A stretch of DNA of 29,243 nucleotides. It comes from Candidatus Hydrogenedentota bacterium (GTDB lineage Bacteria; Hydrogenedentota; Hydrogenedentia; Hydrogenedentales; SLHB01). The stretch covers positions 1 to 29,243 of the forward strand of contig JAWXCN010000043.1 of assembly GCA_034408725.1 (NCBI GenBank), written 5' to 3'. Below, piece by piece: positions 1 through 8,887 of the stretch; positions within the stretch are counted from its first letter, which is position 1, and each line of letters begins with the position of its first letter. The notes beneath the pieces were generated by a model that was not told where the DNA came from, made no database searches, and worked only from the letters and a program-made list of their open reading frames with translations. The position numbers were made by a program, and so were the translations under genes.

Positions 1-402
1 CATATATGGGCATTCTGGGATTTCTTGCCGACCGCGTGCGAACTTGCCGGTGTGGCCGCACCCGCCGCGATTGACGGAATCTCAATCGTTCCGGCGCTCG
101 CTAAGTATGGCGTCCCCAACCCGGCCGGAATCCAACAAGAACTTCACGAGTTCCTGTATTGGGAATTCCACGAACAGGGAACCCGGCAGGCCGTGCGGAC
201 CGGCAACTGGAAAGCCGTGCGCATGCGTCTGGGCGCGCCCCTCGAGCTGTACGACATCGTCACCGACCCCGGCGAATCCCACGACGTCGCCGCCAATCAC
301 CCCGAAGTCATCGCGAAAATCGAAGTTTACCTCAAGGATGCGCGTACTCCGCATGAAAACTGGCCCCTGAAAGCACGTCCCGCCGGCGCGACTGACCGCT
401 GA
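1..402 (+). CDS. Arylsulfatase-family protein, C-terminal part (5'-truncated by window edge)
   Basis: Frame 1 is open from base 1 (HIWAFWDFLPTACELAG...IDGISIVP...FLYWEF...AVRTGNWKAV...ELYDIVTDPGESHDVA), the typical sulfatase C-terminal motifs. Confidence 0.85.
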   Translation, partial: HIWAFWDFLPTACELAGVAAPAAIDGISIVPALAKYGVPNPAGIQQELHEFLYWEFHEQGTRQAVRTGNWKAVRMRLGAPLELYDIVTDPGESHDVAANHPEVIAKIEVYLKDARTPHENWPLKARPAGATDR

Positions 403-439
403 TTCGGGTTAATGCACTGCGCTCCATCCGGAGGGATTA

Positions 440-468
440 TTGCGCCCCGCCCCCTTTTCGTGTAAAAT
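440..468 (+). promoter_or_regulatory. Putative sigma70 promoter of typA
   Basis: TTGCGC(440-445)-N17-TAAAAT(463-468), 53 nt upstream of the ATG at 522. Confidence 0.5.
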
Positions 469-521
469 ACCCTGTTTGCTCATAGAACAATTTTGCCCAA
501 AAATAGGTAGTTTTACGACCC

Positions 522-2399
522 ATGCGAGACTCCGGCCAGATTCGAAATGTAGCCATTATCGCGCACATTGACCACGGGAAAACGACGTTAATCGACTCGA
601 TTTTCCGTGCCGTACACACGTTTCGCGACAACGCGCGGGTGAATGACAGGGTCATGGACAACAACGAAATCGAGCGCGAGCGTGGCATCACGATCCGCGC
701 AAAGCATTGCAGCGTCGAGTGGAAAGACTACCTTATCAACATCATCGACACCCCCGGCCACGCCGATTTCTCCGGCGAGGTCGAGCGCGTGTTGTCGATG
801 GTGGACTCAGTGCTGCTGCTGGTCGACGCCAACGAAGGACCCATGCCACAGACGCGGTACGTGCTGATGCGCGCACTCAGGCTCGGCCTGAAGCCCATCG
901 TCATCGTAAACAAGGTGGACCGGCCGAACGCGAACCCAGCGGACGCGCTGGACAAGACCTTTGACCTGTTCATCGAACTGGGCGCCAGTGACCAACAGGC
1001 TGACTTTACCGTGCTCTACGGCTCGGGCCTGCACGGATGGATGGTGCGCGATCTTGATACGGACGCGCGTGATGGCATGGATTCACTGTTCGAGACGATT
1101 ATCGAGAAAGTACCCGCGCCGATAGTGATTCCCGACGCGCCGTTTCTCATGCAGGTAAGCACGCTGGCCTGGCGCGAGCACATCGGGCGCGTGGGCTGCG
1201 GCAAGGTATTGCAGGGCGTGCTCCGCAAAGGACCGAGCTTTCAGCGCATCTCGACGCGCTGGAAGGGTTACAACACGAACGAAGGCTGGGAAGTCGTCGA
1301 CGTGCAGGACGAGCGCGCCACGCACCTCTGGGTGACGCGCGGCCTCGACATGATCGATGCGGACAGCGTGTCTGCTGGCGATATCGTGTGGGTCGCGGGT
1401 CCAAAGGACATCATGATCGGCGATACCTTTGCCGCGCTCGAGATGGAGAACGCCGCGCTGCCGCCGCTCGATATCGAAGAGCCGACCGTGTCGATGCTGT
1501 TCCTGGTGAATAGCGGTCCGCTATCGGGAAAAGAAGGCCGCGCAGTCACTATTCGCCAGATTCGCGATCGGCTCGCGCGCGAATTGCGCACAAACGTAGC
1601 ATTGCGTGTTGAAGACATTGATCGCGCCGATGGCGTGAAGGTGAGTGGACGCGGCGAACTGCATCTCGCGATTCTTATCGAGGAAATGCGGCGTGAAGGC
1701 ATGGAACTTTGCGTGTCCGCGCCGGAAATTATCACGCATACGGATGCGAACGGCAAACTGCTCGAGCCGATGGAAGAATTGCTCATCGACGTGCCGCTGG
1801 ATTTTCAGGGTGTCGTGATCGAGAAGATCGCCAAGCGCAAGGGCGAACTCACGTCGATGCACAACAGCGGCACCGGCATGCTGCGTCTGGAATTTAACAT
1901 TCCCACGCGCGGCCTCATCGGTTATCGCAACGAATTCCTGACCGACACGCGCGGACTTGGCATTATGGCGTCGCGGTTTAACGGTTACGGCCCGTGGTGC
2001 GGCGACGTGGTGTCGCGCCAGCGCGGGTCGTTGTACAGCACCGATGCGGGCGACGCGACGGGCTACAGCCTCGCCAACCTGCAACAACGCGGCCTGATGT
2101 TTATCAAACCGATGGACCCGATCTACGCGGGTATGGTCGTGGGCGAGAATTCGCGGCCAGGCGATCTGCCGTGCAATCCGACCAAGCGAAAAGCGCTTAC
2201 CAACCATCGCGCGGCAGGCAAGGACCACGAAGTGCAGCTCGACGTGCCGCGCACGCTTACACTCGACACCGCACTCGAATGGATCGGCAATGACGAACTC
2301 GTAGAAGTGACGCCGAAGTCCATCCGGTTGCGCAAGACCATCCTCGACCTCGAAGAGCGAAAGAAAATGGAAAAGCGCGCCGCATCCGCCGCCGGGTAG
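522..2399 (+). CDS. typA: Translational GTPase TypA/BipA
   Basis: [67 protein letters not shown] and C-terminal [14 protein letters not shown]. Confidence 0.96.
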   Translation: MRDSGQIRNVAIIAHIDHGKTTLIDSIFRAVHTFRDNARVNDRVMDNNEIERERGITIRAKHCSVEWKDYLINIIDTPGHADFSGEVERVLSMVDSVLLLVDANEGPMPQTRYVLMRALRLGLKPIVIVNKVDRPNANPADALDKTFDLFIELGASDQQADFTVLYGSGLHGWMVRDLDTDARDGMDSLFETIIEKVPAPIVIPDAPFLMQVSTLAWREHIGRVGCGKVLQGVLRKGPSFQRISTRWKGYNTNEGWEVVDVQDERATHLWVTRGLDMIDADSVSAGDIVWVAGPKDIMIGDTFAALEMENAALPPLDIEEPTVSMLFLVNSGPLSGKEGRAVTIRQIRDRLARELRTNVALRVEDIDRADGVKVSGRGELHLAILIEEMRREGMELCVSAPEIITHTDANGKLLEPMEELLIDVPLDFQGVVIEKIAKRKGELTSMHNSGTGMLRLEFNIPTRGLIGYRNEFLTDTRGLGIMASRFNGYGPWCGDVVSRQRGSLYSTDAGDATGYSLANLQQRGLMFIKPMDPIYAGMVVGENSRPGDLPCNPTKRKALTNHRAAGKDHEVQLDVPRTLTLDTALEWIGNDELVEVTPKSIRLRKTILDLEERKKMEKRAASAAG

Positions 2400-2402
2400 A
2401 TT

Positions 2403-2477
2403 CCGGAGCGCGGGTTTTCCAACCCGCGATTGAATTATCTTCTACGGAAATCGCGGGTTGGAAAACCCGCGCTCCGG
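2403..2477. repeat. Perfect 29-bp inverted repeat (REP doublet, second family); probable bidirectional terminator between convergent typA and HEPN
   Basis: CCGGAGCGCGGGTTTTCCAACCCGCGATT (2403-2431) and its exact reverse complement (2449-2477), 17-nt loop. Each arm is GGAG plus the hairpin CGCGGGTT-TTCC-AACCCGCG. Confidence 0.85.
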
Positions 2478-2478
2478 G

Positions 2479-2872
2479 TCAATCGTCTGGCAGAAGCCCA
2501 AGGTAGACTCGGGCAGATGCGCGGAATGCCGTGCATGCTTTGATTGCGTCATGCGCCATTTCTTTCGTAGAAGTTTCACCTGGATACCGAAAGGTTACGG
2601 CGTAATCAGTGATCATTGCGAGCGACGATCTAAATGGCTCGAGCAGCGGTGCAACATGGACAACCGCATCAAGCAGCACGACAAGATCGTGTATCTTGGC
2701 AAACGGGATTTCGTTTTCCTGAAGAGTGCCTTTGAGGTATTTCTCCGCGCACTGCTGGGGTGTGAAAGCTGACGGCGTCGTAGTTTGGAGATTTTCGCGC
2801 GCGCACTTCACGGCGCGCGACTACGAAATCGCCTTCCGCCTTGTCAATCCACTCGCGCGTAAGCGGCTTCAT
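2479..2872 (-). pseudogene. HEPN-domain protein (toxin partner of MNT), split by a +1 frameshift at 2757-2760
   Basis: MKPLTREWIDKAEGDFVVARRE...YDAVSFH is in one frame and QQCAEKYLKG...KIHDLVVLL...TFRYPG in another. Removing one C from the minus-strand ACCCCAGCAG restores FH-T-QQCAEKYLK. Confidence 0.85.
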
Positions 2873-3179
2873 AAAGTATTTTCCCATTTGTGACAATGTC
2901 GCGAACGAAGTAGTCGTTCCAGGCAAGCCGCTGTGCGACTTGTGCGGGAGAACGTACGATAATATCGAGTGGGAAGTGCGCTGGAACTGCCTTGCGGATT
3001 TCGACGGAGGTTCTTATCTTCGACTTCGTCTTGGGCATGATCACGAATAAATCCACATCGGAGTCGTTTGTAGCGGTTCCATGCGCATACGAACCAAAAA
3101 GTATGACTTTCTCCGGTTCGTAGCGTTGGACCAGGCGGTCCACAAACATTTTGATTTGTGACATGGATACCATGTTCAT
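2844..3179 (-). CDS. Minimal nucleotidyltransferase (MNT) antitoxin
   Basis: VILFGSYAHGTATNDSDVDLFVI fits GS-x10-DxD; C-terminal IVTNGKILYE; overlaps the HEPN start. Start is ATG 3179 or 3173. Confidence 0.9.
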   Translation of the reverse strand: MNMVSMSQIKMFVDRLVQRYEPEKVILFGSYAHGTATNDSDVDLFVIMPKTKSKIRTSVEIRKAVPAHFPLDIIVRSPAQVAQRLAWNDYFVRDIVTNGKILYEAAYARVD

Positions 3180-3305
3180 AGTGTAGCGCAATTTGCCGTA
3201 CTTTGGGAATGCAGGGTGCTGACCCGCGATGTTGGCACTCAGCCGCCGCCAGGCACGACCAAACAGCAACTTGCCGACATATGATCGGAACGGTAGTCTC
3301 ATTCC

Positions 3306-4001
3306 ATGAATACACTGCTATTAATCTTGGCCCTTGTGATGGCGGCCGCGTTCGTCGTCACGTTTTCACTTGTGCCCTGGCGCGCGAGAATTTCCGGCTG
3401 GCGGCGCTGGGTAACCGCGATTGGTTGTGTTTTTGTGATCGTTGGCGCGCTCTGTTTTTTCGCGCCGCTGATTTCCTGTTTGGGCGGGCTGGACTGGCTC
3501 CCTTCCACGTTTGAATGGCCCATCGGTTTGGCAAAAGGTGTAATAGCGACCGAGTCGGGCTTGCGCGTCGTGCCGCATGCGCCGTCAAATCGCGTCCAGG
3601 TGTACGAAGCGGACTGGCGGTATCTTCGCGGGTGGCGCGTTGACGCCGCGGGTGGCGCGATAGCGTTGCGCCCTGCGGAGGACGGCAACTTCGACGTATT
3701 CACCGCGCGCGGAAGCAGGCACTATGTCTACACGGTTGATGGCGCGCTGCTGTCGACGGGTGAATCTGCGAAATACCCCGGTGATTTGGGATTGTCCGTA
3801 TTCGTCCCAACACCGTGGTGGGCGGTTCCATTGACGCATCCGTTTGGTGGTTGGGCAATTGCCGCGGCGGGATTGATCGCCGTTGTAATCGCGGACCGTG
3901 GCGGGAAGAAGGACGCCGCTGATGCGCGGAACGAATCGAAATTGTTGAACAGGTTGCTGGCATATGTGCAACGCGAAACCGGCAAAGGATCTCATTCGTG
4001 A
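3306..4001 (+). CDS. Hypothetical membrane protein (2 N-terminal TM, beta-rich NHL-like loop, C-terminal TM)
   Basis: Hydrophobic N-terminal segments, SNRVQVYEADWRYLRGW, C-terminal hydrophobic helix. GTGA overlap with the next gene. Confidence 0.65.
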   Translation: MNTLLLILALVMAAAFVVTFSLVPWRARISGWRRWVTAIGCVFVIVGALCFFAPLISCLGGLDWLPSTFEWPIGLAKGVIATESGLRVVPHAPSNRVQVYEADWRYLRGWRVDAAGGAIALRPAEDGNFDVFTARGSRHYVYTVDGALLSTGESAKYPGDLGLSVFVPTPWWAVPLTHPFGGWAIAAAGLIAVVIADRGGKKDAADARNESKLLNRLLAYVQRETGKGSHS

Positions 4002-4525
4002 AGGAAACGTGGAATACGCGCAATGTCCAGTTCGAGGGGAAGATTTTTAAGGTCGAAGCTGGCGACGTGCAATTGGAAGATGGCATGATCGCATGCCGCG
4101 AAATTGTACTGCACGGCGGCGGCGTAGGTGTCGTTCCTGTCCTGAATGACCGCGTAATTCTCGTGCGGCAATTCCGGATCGCGGTCAACAAGGAAGTGCT
4201 CGAAATTCCCGCGGGACGCCTCGAACCCGGCGAGTCAAATGAAAATCGCGCGCGCGCCGAACTCGAGGAAGAGACCGGCTACTGCGCGGGCCGCCTCGTT
4301 CACGTCGCGTCATGTTACTGCTCGCCAGGATTCACCAATGAGCGCGACCACATCTTCCTCGCGTTTGATTTGGAAAAAACCAGACAAAGCCTTGAGGAAG
4401 ACGAACGCGTGGAAATTGTCGAACTGACGTTCGATGCGTGCAGGGCAATGCTGGATCGATGCGAAATCGAGGACGCGAAGACGATTATTGGTCTGCGCGA
4501 GTTGTTCGCGCGCGGTCATAAATAA
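3998..4525 (+). CDS. Nudix hydrolase, ADP-ribose pyrophosphatase-like
   Basis: REIVLHGGGVGVV, LVRQFR, LEIPAGRLEPGE...AELEEETG, SPGFTNE, IEDAKTIIGL. Confidence 0.9.
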   Translation: MKETWNTRNVQFEGKIFKVEAGDVQLEDGMIACREIVLHGGGVGVVPVLNDRVILVRQFRIAVNKEVLEIPAGRLEPGESNENRARAELEEETGYCAGRLVHVASCYCSPGFTNERDHIFLAFDLEKTRQSLEEDERVEIVELTFDACRAMLDRCEIEDAKTIIGLRELFARGHK

Positions 4526-4654
4526 CCCGTCCCCTTCGATGGAAATTGGAAAGCCGGCTGCCATTGCATCGTGCGCCTGTTGTGACTACGCTGTTTGGAA
4601 TTGTTTGAAGCACGGGCAATGCCACGACCGCGCGTGACCGCGCATATTGGAAAC

Positions 4655-5626
4655 ATGGTGAATAAATCTGAATCGAGCGAACTCGCGCGGGATTTTGCCG
4701 GCGTGCTGGTTGATCCCATATCGCGAGGAGAACTTCACCTTCGCGATGGCGCGCTGGCGTCGGGAGATGGCGTTCGCACGTTTCGGCCCGGCACGGACGG
4801 CTACTTCGATTTCACGATCGGAGACCAGTTCTACGACATGGAATCGACGAGCGAGGAATATGCAGGCGAACAGCAGGAATCCTGGCGGAGATTCTACGAG
4901 GCGTATTTGAAGCCGTGGGTAGACCGCGAATCGGCGCAACGCGTCCTCGAAGTCGGTTGCGGCATGGGTCTCGGTATCCGGTTTCTACGCGACGACGGTA
5001 TCGAAGCGTACGGAATCGATATCCCATGTCTTGCGCGGTTCTGGGCACGCGCCGGAAATGACCCCGCGCATTTCATCAACTGCGACGGCGCGCGCATGCC
5101 GTTTCCCGATGGTTACTTTGACGCAGTGTATACCCTGGGAACGATTGAACACATTGGCACAAAGGCCGGGCACTACACCCTGAAAGACGATTACTGGGAC
5201 ACGCGCGTTGCGTTCGCAAAGGAAATGTTGCGCGTGACGAAGAAAACCGGGCGCCTGCTCGTGACCTGCCCGAATAAGTCGTTTCCGATCGATATTCATC
5301 ACGAACCCACCGACGCCGCAACGCCGCCCGGAAAAATGAAATGGCGCAGACACATTTTCGACACCTACGGCATGACACTCCACTGGCCGTTTGGAAAGTA
5401 TCACCTGTTTTCATATTCGGAGTTAAAGGGTCTCTTTTGCGAGTTCAATCAGGCGGCGTCCATTGAACCACTGCCATTGAAAGATTATTTCGCATTCAAG
5501 CGCACCGGTTCGCTGGGCATGTTGCGCCGATTAAAAAACGTAATCACGCGCTATATCGAGACCATGCCCGCTGCGTTGCGCAAAAGCCCGCTGAATCCGT
5601 TCCTGGTGGTGGAAGTGCGGAAATAA
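4655..5626 (+). CDS. Class I SAM-dependent methyltransferase with Trm112-like N-terminal segment
   Basis: VLEVGCGMG (motif I), DGARMPFPDGYFDAVY, IEHI, EMLRVTKKTGRLLVTCPN. Start uncertain (4595/4619/4655). Confidence 0.85.
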   Translation: MVNKSESSELARDFAGVLVDPISRGELHLRDGALASGDGVRTFRPGTDGYFDFTIGDQFYDMESTSEEYAGEQQESWRRFYEAYLKPWVDRESAQRVLEVGCGMGLGIRFLRDDGIEAYGIDIPCLARFWARAGNDPAHFINCDGARMPFPDGYFDAVYTLGTIEHIGTKAGHYTLKDDYWDTRVAFAKEMLRVTKKTGRLLVTCPNKSFPIDIHHEPTDAATPPGKMKWRRHIFDTYGMTLHWPFGKYHLFSYSELKGLFCEFNQAASIEPLPLKDYFAFKRTGSLGMLRRLKNVITRYIETMPAALRKSPLNPFLVVEVRK

Positions 5627-5649
5627 CGCCGCTAAACCGCGCGAAGTAC

Positions 5650-5880
5650 TTTGGAGCGCGGCCGCGGTAGAAAGCAGTGTCTGCGCTACCCGCTTCGCCA
5701 CCGCAGTCCAAATAGTCCTTCTCCCCAAACCTCCTCCTAACAAGAAGCCTATTTGGACTGCGGCGGCCCCTAAGGCGCCGCTTTGGCTGTTTATCACAGT
5801 TGGTCTACCCTCACCGTGCGCGCACGAAGTCCTCTCCCGCAAACAGCCGAAGCGGTGTCTACCGCTACCGCGCTTCAAAA
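5650..5880. repeat. Array of four REP-like units (two inverted doublets, BIME/REPIN-like)
   Basis: TTTGGAGCGCGG(5650)...CCGCAGTCCAAATAG(5701-5715) / CTATTTGGACTGCGG(5749-5763, perfect IR)...CCGCTTTGGCTGTTT / AAACAGCCGAAGCGG...CTACCGCGCTTCAAAA(5880). Lies between convergent genes. Confidence 0.8.
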
Positions 5881-7805
5881 TTGTTTTCGCACAGCAGCAA
5901 CAGTCCATCCACAAACGTCGAGCGCTCCGGCATTCTCCACCACTCCGGGTACACAACTTGATTCAATCGCGCAATTTCACTGTCAGCGAGATCACGAGCG
6001 CGCTCGATGTGCTTCGCATCACTCGTCGCGCGAAACAGCGCGACAGACGCTTTGATGTACTGTCCGCTGGCGCGAAACGTCCACCGGCCCTCATCGGTAA
6101 ACGCAGCGGATTGCGCGCGCGATTCGGCTAATGCGTCGTCGAGAATACGCGTAACCCGCCCGATAAGTTCCTCGTTGTTGGTGATGCGGGCGGTCTCCGC
6201 CAATTCGTAAACGATGCTCGTGCCCGCGCAATGCTCCCAATACGACGGATCGCGATACAGCCCCGTACCCGTGTAAACCGCGACTTGCGCCATTGCCGGG
6301 TCTCTTTTGATCGCCTCATCCTTCTCGGCTTGCGTCCGGAAAGTGTAACGCGCGGTGGATTCGTAGGGCTTCCCGTCGAGCTGTAAGTGTTCGATAAAAA
6401 GTTTCCGCGCGCCGTCGTATGCGTGACGGGCAACGCCCAGCGCCATTTTCTCCGCCATGCTGGTGAGTTGCTCTGCCAGCGCCTCACCCCCGGGACGTTT
6501 CCGCAGGGCTGCCGCGGCATCGAGATAGCCAAGCGCGGCGAGCGATACTCCGCGGCATTCGGCCCATTCGCCCGGTGGCATCGGTGCGCCCGGCTGCGTC
6601 GCGACCGCGCCGAAGAAATCCGGGACCAGTCCCGATTCGGGATGCTGTACCGCGCGCCACTTGTCGGTCATGCGTTGCGCGTAATCGAGGCAATCCAAGT
6701 CACCGGTGCGCGCGAAACATTCCGCCCACCAATGGATCATTCGCGCGCCAACCGATTCGAATGCGCAATGCGCCGGGTTCTGTTCCAGCACATGCTTATC
6801 ATCCGCGTCGTTCCAGTGATAGTGGCAGTACCGGTTGTAGTCCATACTCGCAGGATCGGTAATCAGACCGAAGTACATGGAACGGCACATGCGGCGCATC
6901 TGTTCCGGCTCGTGTTGCCACAGCAGGTCCATTGGCAAGCGTGGATCGTTTCCGGAGTTCTTTGGTTTAAATTGCGGGTCTTCCACACCGTGCTTCGTTG
7001 AAACAGCGCGATTACGGCGAACGTCAAGCCCCGCCTCTTCACCGAAATAGGCTAGACCATTGGCGCCGTCAAACCCGGCTTTTGCAAACGCGATGGCCAT
7101 CGCGTTGGCCGATGCACTGTATTGTGGATCGCCCGTTGCTGTGCTGGCGCGGACCAACAATGGCCAGAGGTCAAGATCGGCCACGAATGGTTCGTAATCC
7201 ATAGGCGCTTCGGGAAACCAATAATGTTCAAACGTGCCATCACCCTTTTTGAATCCTATCGACCGATAGCTGCGATACACAGGCCGCGTGACGGAGAGGA
7301 ATGCGGCGCCATCACGAGTGTCGCCCAGGCGCGTTGTCTGGTGCGTGGAGATTTTTTTTAGCGCGTCGATTAGAAATGCGCGGTAGCCGTCAATTGAAGG
7401 CGTTTCGGTTTTTGGTGCGTTGTCATTCAATTGGCGGACGCAAAACACCGGACCGGGTTTTGAATCCATTTCATTCTCGAACGCACCCGAAAGCGTGTGG
7501 TGACCTCCTGGAAGCGCGCCTACTGGCACTGCGAACGTCGCGGCACCATCGGCGCCAAGTTCGACGTGCGCCGTCCAGGGCGTGCTCGCGTCGTCTATGC
7601 GCGTCGCATATACGCGTATTCTTGTGCCTGCGGGCAAAATGCCCGCGCGGGGAAGAATTTTGCCTTGCAATTCCGCGCGCGTATCAAGTACCTGGTAGGT
7701 GTCCAGTTCGAATCGCAGGGATGCGTTGAAGACTTCGCCATGTGCCAGCGCCGATACCGCCGCGCACAAGCACATACAGACGGCGGAACGTACCTCCAAG
7801 ATCAT
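5865..7805 (-). CDS. Secreted alpha/alpha-toroid protein, distantly similar to PL2 pectate lyases
   Basis: Signal peptide MILEVRSAVCMCLCAAVSALAHG; ATG 7805 overlaps the upstream stop (ATGA). Segments TGDPQY, GLAYFGEE, MDYNRY and AFESVGARMIHWWAECFARTGD...HPESGL parallel the order of PL2 motifs. Confidence 0.6.
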   Translation of the reverse strand: MILEVRSAVCMCLCAAVSALAHGEVFNASLRFELDTYQVLDTRAELQGKILPRAGILPAGTRIRVYATRIDDASTPWTAHVELGADGAATFAVPVGALPGGHHTLSGAFENEMDSKPGPVFCVRQLNDNAPKTETPSIDGYRAFLIDALKKISTHQTTRLGDTRDGAAFLSVTRPVYRSYRSIGFKKGDGTFEHYWFPEAPMDYEPFVADLDLWPLLVRASTATGDPQYSASANAMAIAFAKAGFDGANGLAYFGEEAGLDVRRNRAVSTKHGVEDPQFKPKNSGNDPRLPMDLLWQHEPEQMRRMCRSMYFGLITDPASMDYNRYCHYHWNDADDKHVLEQNPAHCAFESVGARMIHWWAECFARTGDLDCLDYAQRMTDKWRAVQHPESGLVPDFFGAVATQPGAPMPPGEWAECRGVSLAALGYLDAAAALRKRPGGEALAEQLTSMAEKMALGVARHAYDGARKLFIEHLQLDGKPYESTARYTFRTQAEKDEAIKRDPAMAQVAVYTGTGLYRDPSYWEHCAGTSIVYELAETARITNNEELIGRVTRILDDALAESRAQSAAFTDEGRWTFRASGQYIKASVALFRATSDAKHIERARDLADSEIARLNQVVYPEWWRMPERSTFVDGLLLLCENNFEAR

Positions 7806-8728
7806 TTTTCCAGGAACTCCAATATCGCTTCGGCTGTTTCCTGCGGCCTCTCGTATTGTGGTGAATGGCCGCACTCCTTGAACACGACGTATTTCGATCC
7901 ATTGATTGCCTTGTGATACGCCTCGCCGACCGCAATATCGATTAATTGGTCCTTGTCCCCCCACAACACTAGTGTGGGCGCAGTAATCGCGCTGATCCGG
8001 TCGTTTAGAATCGCGTCCGGGCTCTTGCGAATGTCCGCGCGAATACGGTTCTGCCACTCAAAGTTGCCCTGCGCCTGCTGCACAAAGTATTGCTTGAACG
8101 CGCCGGGTATGGGCGGTTTCTGTACAAATACTTTGTCCATGTACGCGTCAAATTCCTCGACGGTCGTCACCGGTTTCGCCGCGTCCTGATAGGGCACGTC
8201 ATCATTCACCGTGATACCCGCCGCGTCGATAAGAATTACGCTCTTGACATCTTTGGGATACAAGAGCGTATACGCCGCGGTAATGTGGCCGCCCATCGAG
8301 TTGCCGGCGAGATGGAATGAGGTGAGGCCAATTTGATGGAAAAACTTGTGGAAACGCTCCGCCTGCGCCCGCGCGCCATAATCGAGCGTAGCATCTCGCG
8401 CGGTATCGCCGAACCCCGGCACCTCCGGCATGATTACGCGATACTTTGGCGTCAGCCATTTCGCCGATTGCACAAACGAGATCATGCTGTCGCCAAATCC
8501 GTGGATCAACACCAGCGGCTCGCCGGTCCCGCCTTCGTAATAGGGAAAGGTATAGCCGTCCACGACAGCGGCCTTCCGGGTGACATTCGCGTCACGCGCG
8601 TACTGCGCGCGCATGACATCGAGAATCACTTGCGGGAAATAGGTGAAAACGATAAACGCGGAGGCTGCGACAAGCAGCACAACTGAGAACAGTCCGATAA
8701 ATATTTTGCGCTTCGTGCTCGCGGGCAT
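7802..8728 (-). CDS. Alpha/beta-fold hydrolase (lipase/esterase), N-terminally anchored
   Basis: HGFG, GNSMGG nucleophile elbow, WGDKD, CGHSP; GGAGG RBS before ATG 8728; N-terminal TM helix. Confidence 0.9.
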   Translation of the reverse strand: MPASTKRKIFIGLFSVVLLVAASAFIVFTYFPQVILDVMRAQYARDANVTRKAAVVDGYTFPYYEGGTGEPLVLIHGFGDSMISFVQSAKWLTPKYRVIMPEVPGFGDTARDATLDYGARAQAERFHKFFHQIGLTSFHLAGNSMGGHITAAYTLLYPKDVKSVILIDAAGITVNDDVPYQDAAKPVTTVEEFDAYMDKVFVQKPPIPGAFKQYFVQQAQGNFEWQNRIRADIRKSPDAILNDRISAITAPTLVLWGDKDQLIDIAVGEAYHKAINGSKYVVFKECGHSPQYERPQETAEAILEFLEK

Positions 8729-8887
8729 TCTAGTTCCTCCCAACCGGATAGCTATCATGCCGGGTATGCGCGGCGAGAGCAACCCATCATCGGAAGAATC
8801 CGTCGAATCGGCATTCTGGCGCTGCAATTAATACCTTGGCGCCAAACTTGATTCCGGCGGGAGCGCGCTCAATTGGCAGGCGCGAAT

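Noticed and set aside
1268-2228. Long antisense ORFs within typA (and similar ones opposite other genes)
   Set aside because: Shadow ORFs expected from high-GC codon bias opposite well-supported genes.
2458-2772. 104-aa + strand ORF as an antisense antitoxin
   Set aside because: Starts with TTG inside the REP arm, lacks a convincing RBS, and is simply antisense to HEPN.
5650-5880. CRISPR array
   Set aside because: Units are inverted, degenerate and dispersed rather than regular direct repeats with unique spacers; no cas genes.
7806-8057. N-terminal 84 codons of the 730-aa ORF
   Set aside because: They overlap the hydrolase gene in another frame; ATG 7805 gives a signal peptide and ATGA coupling.
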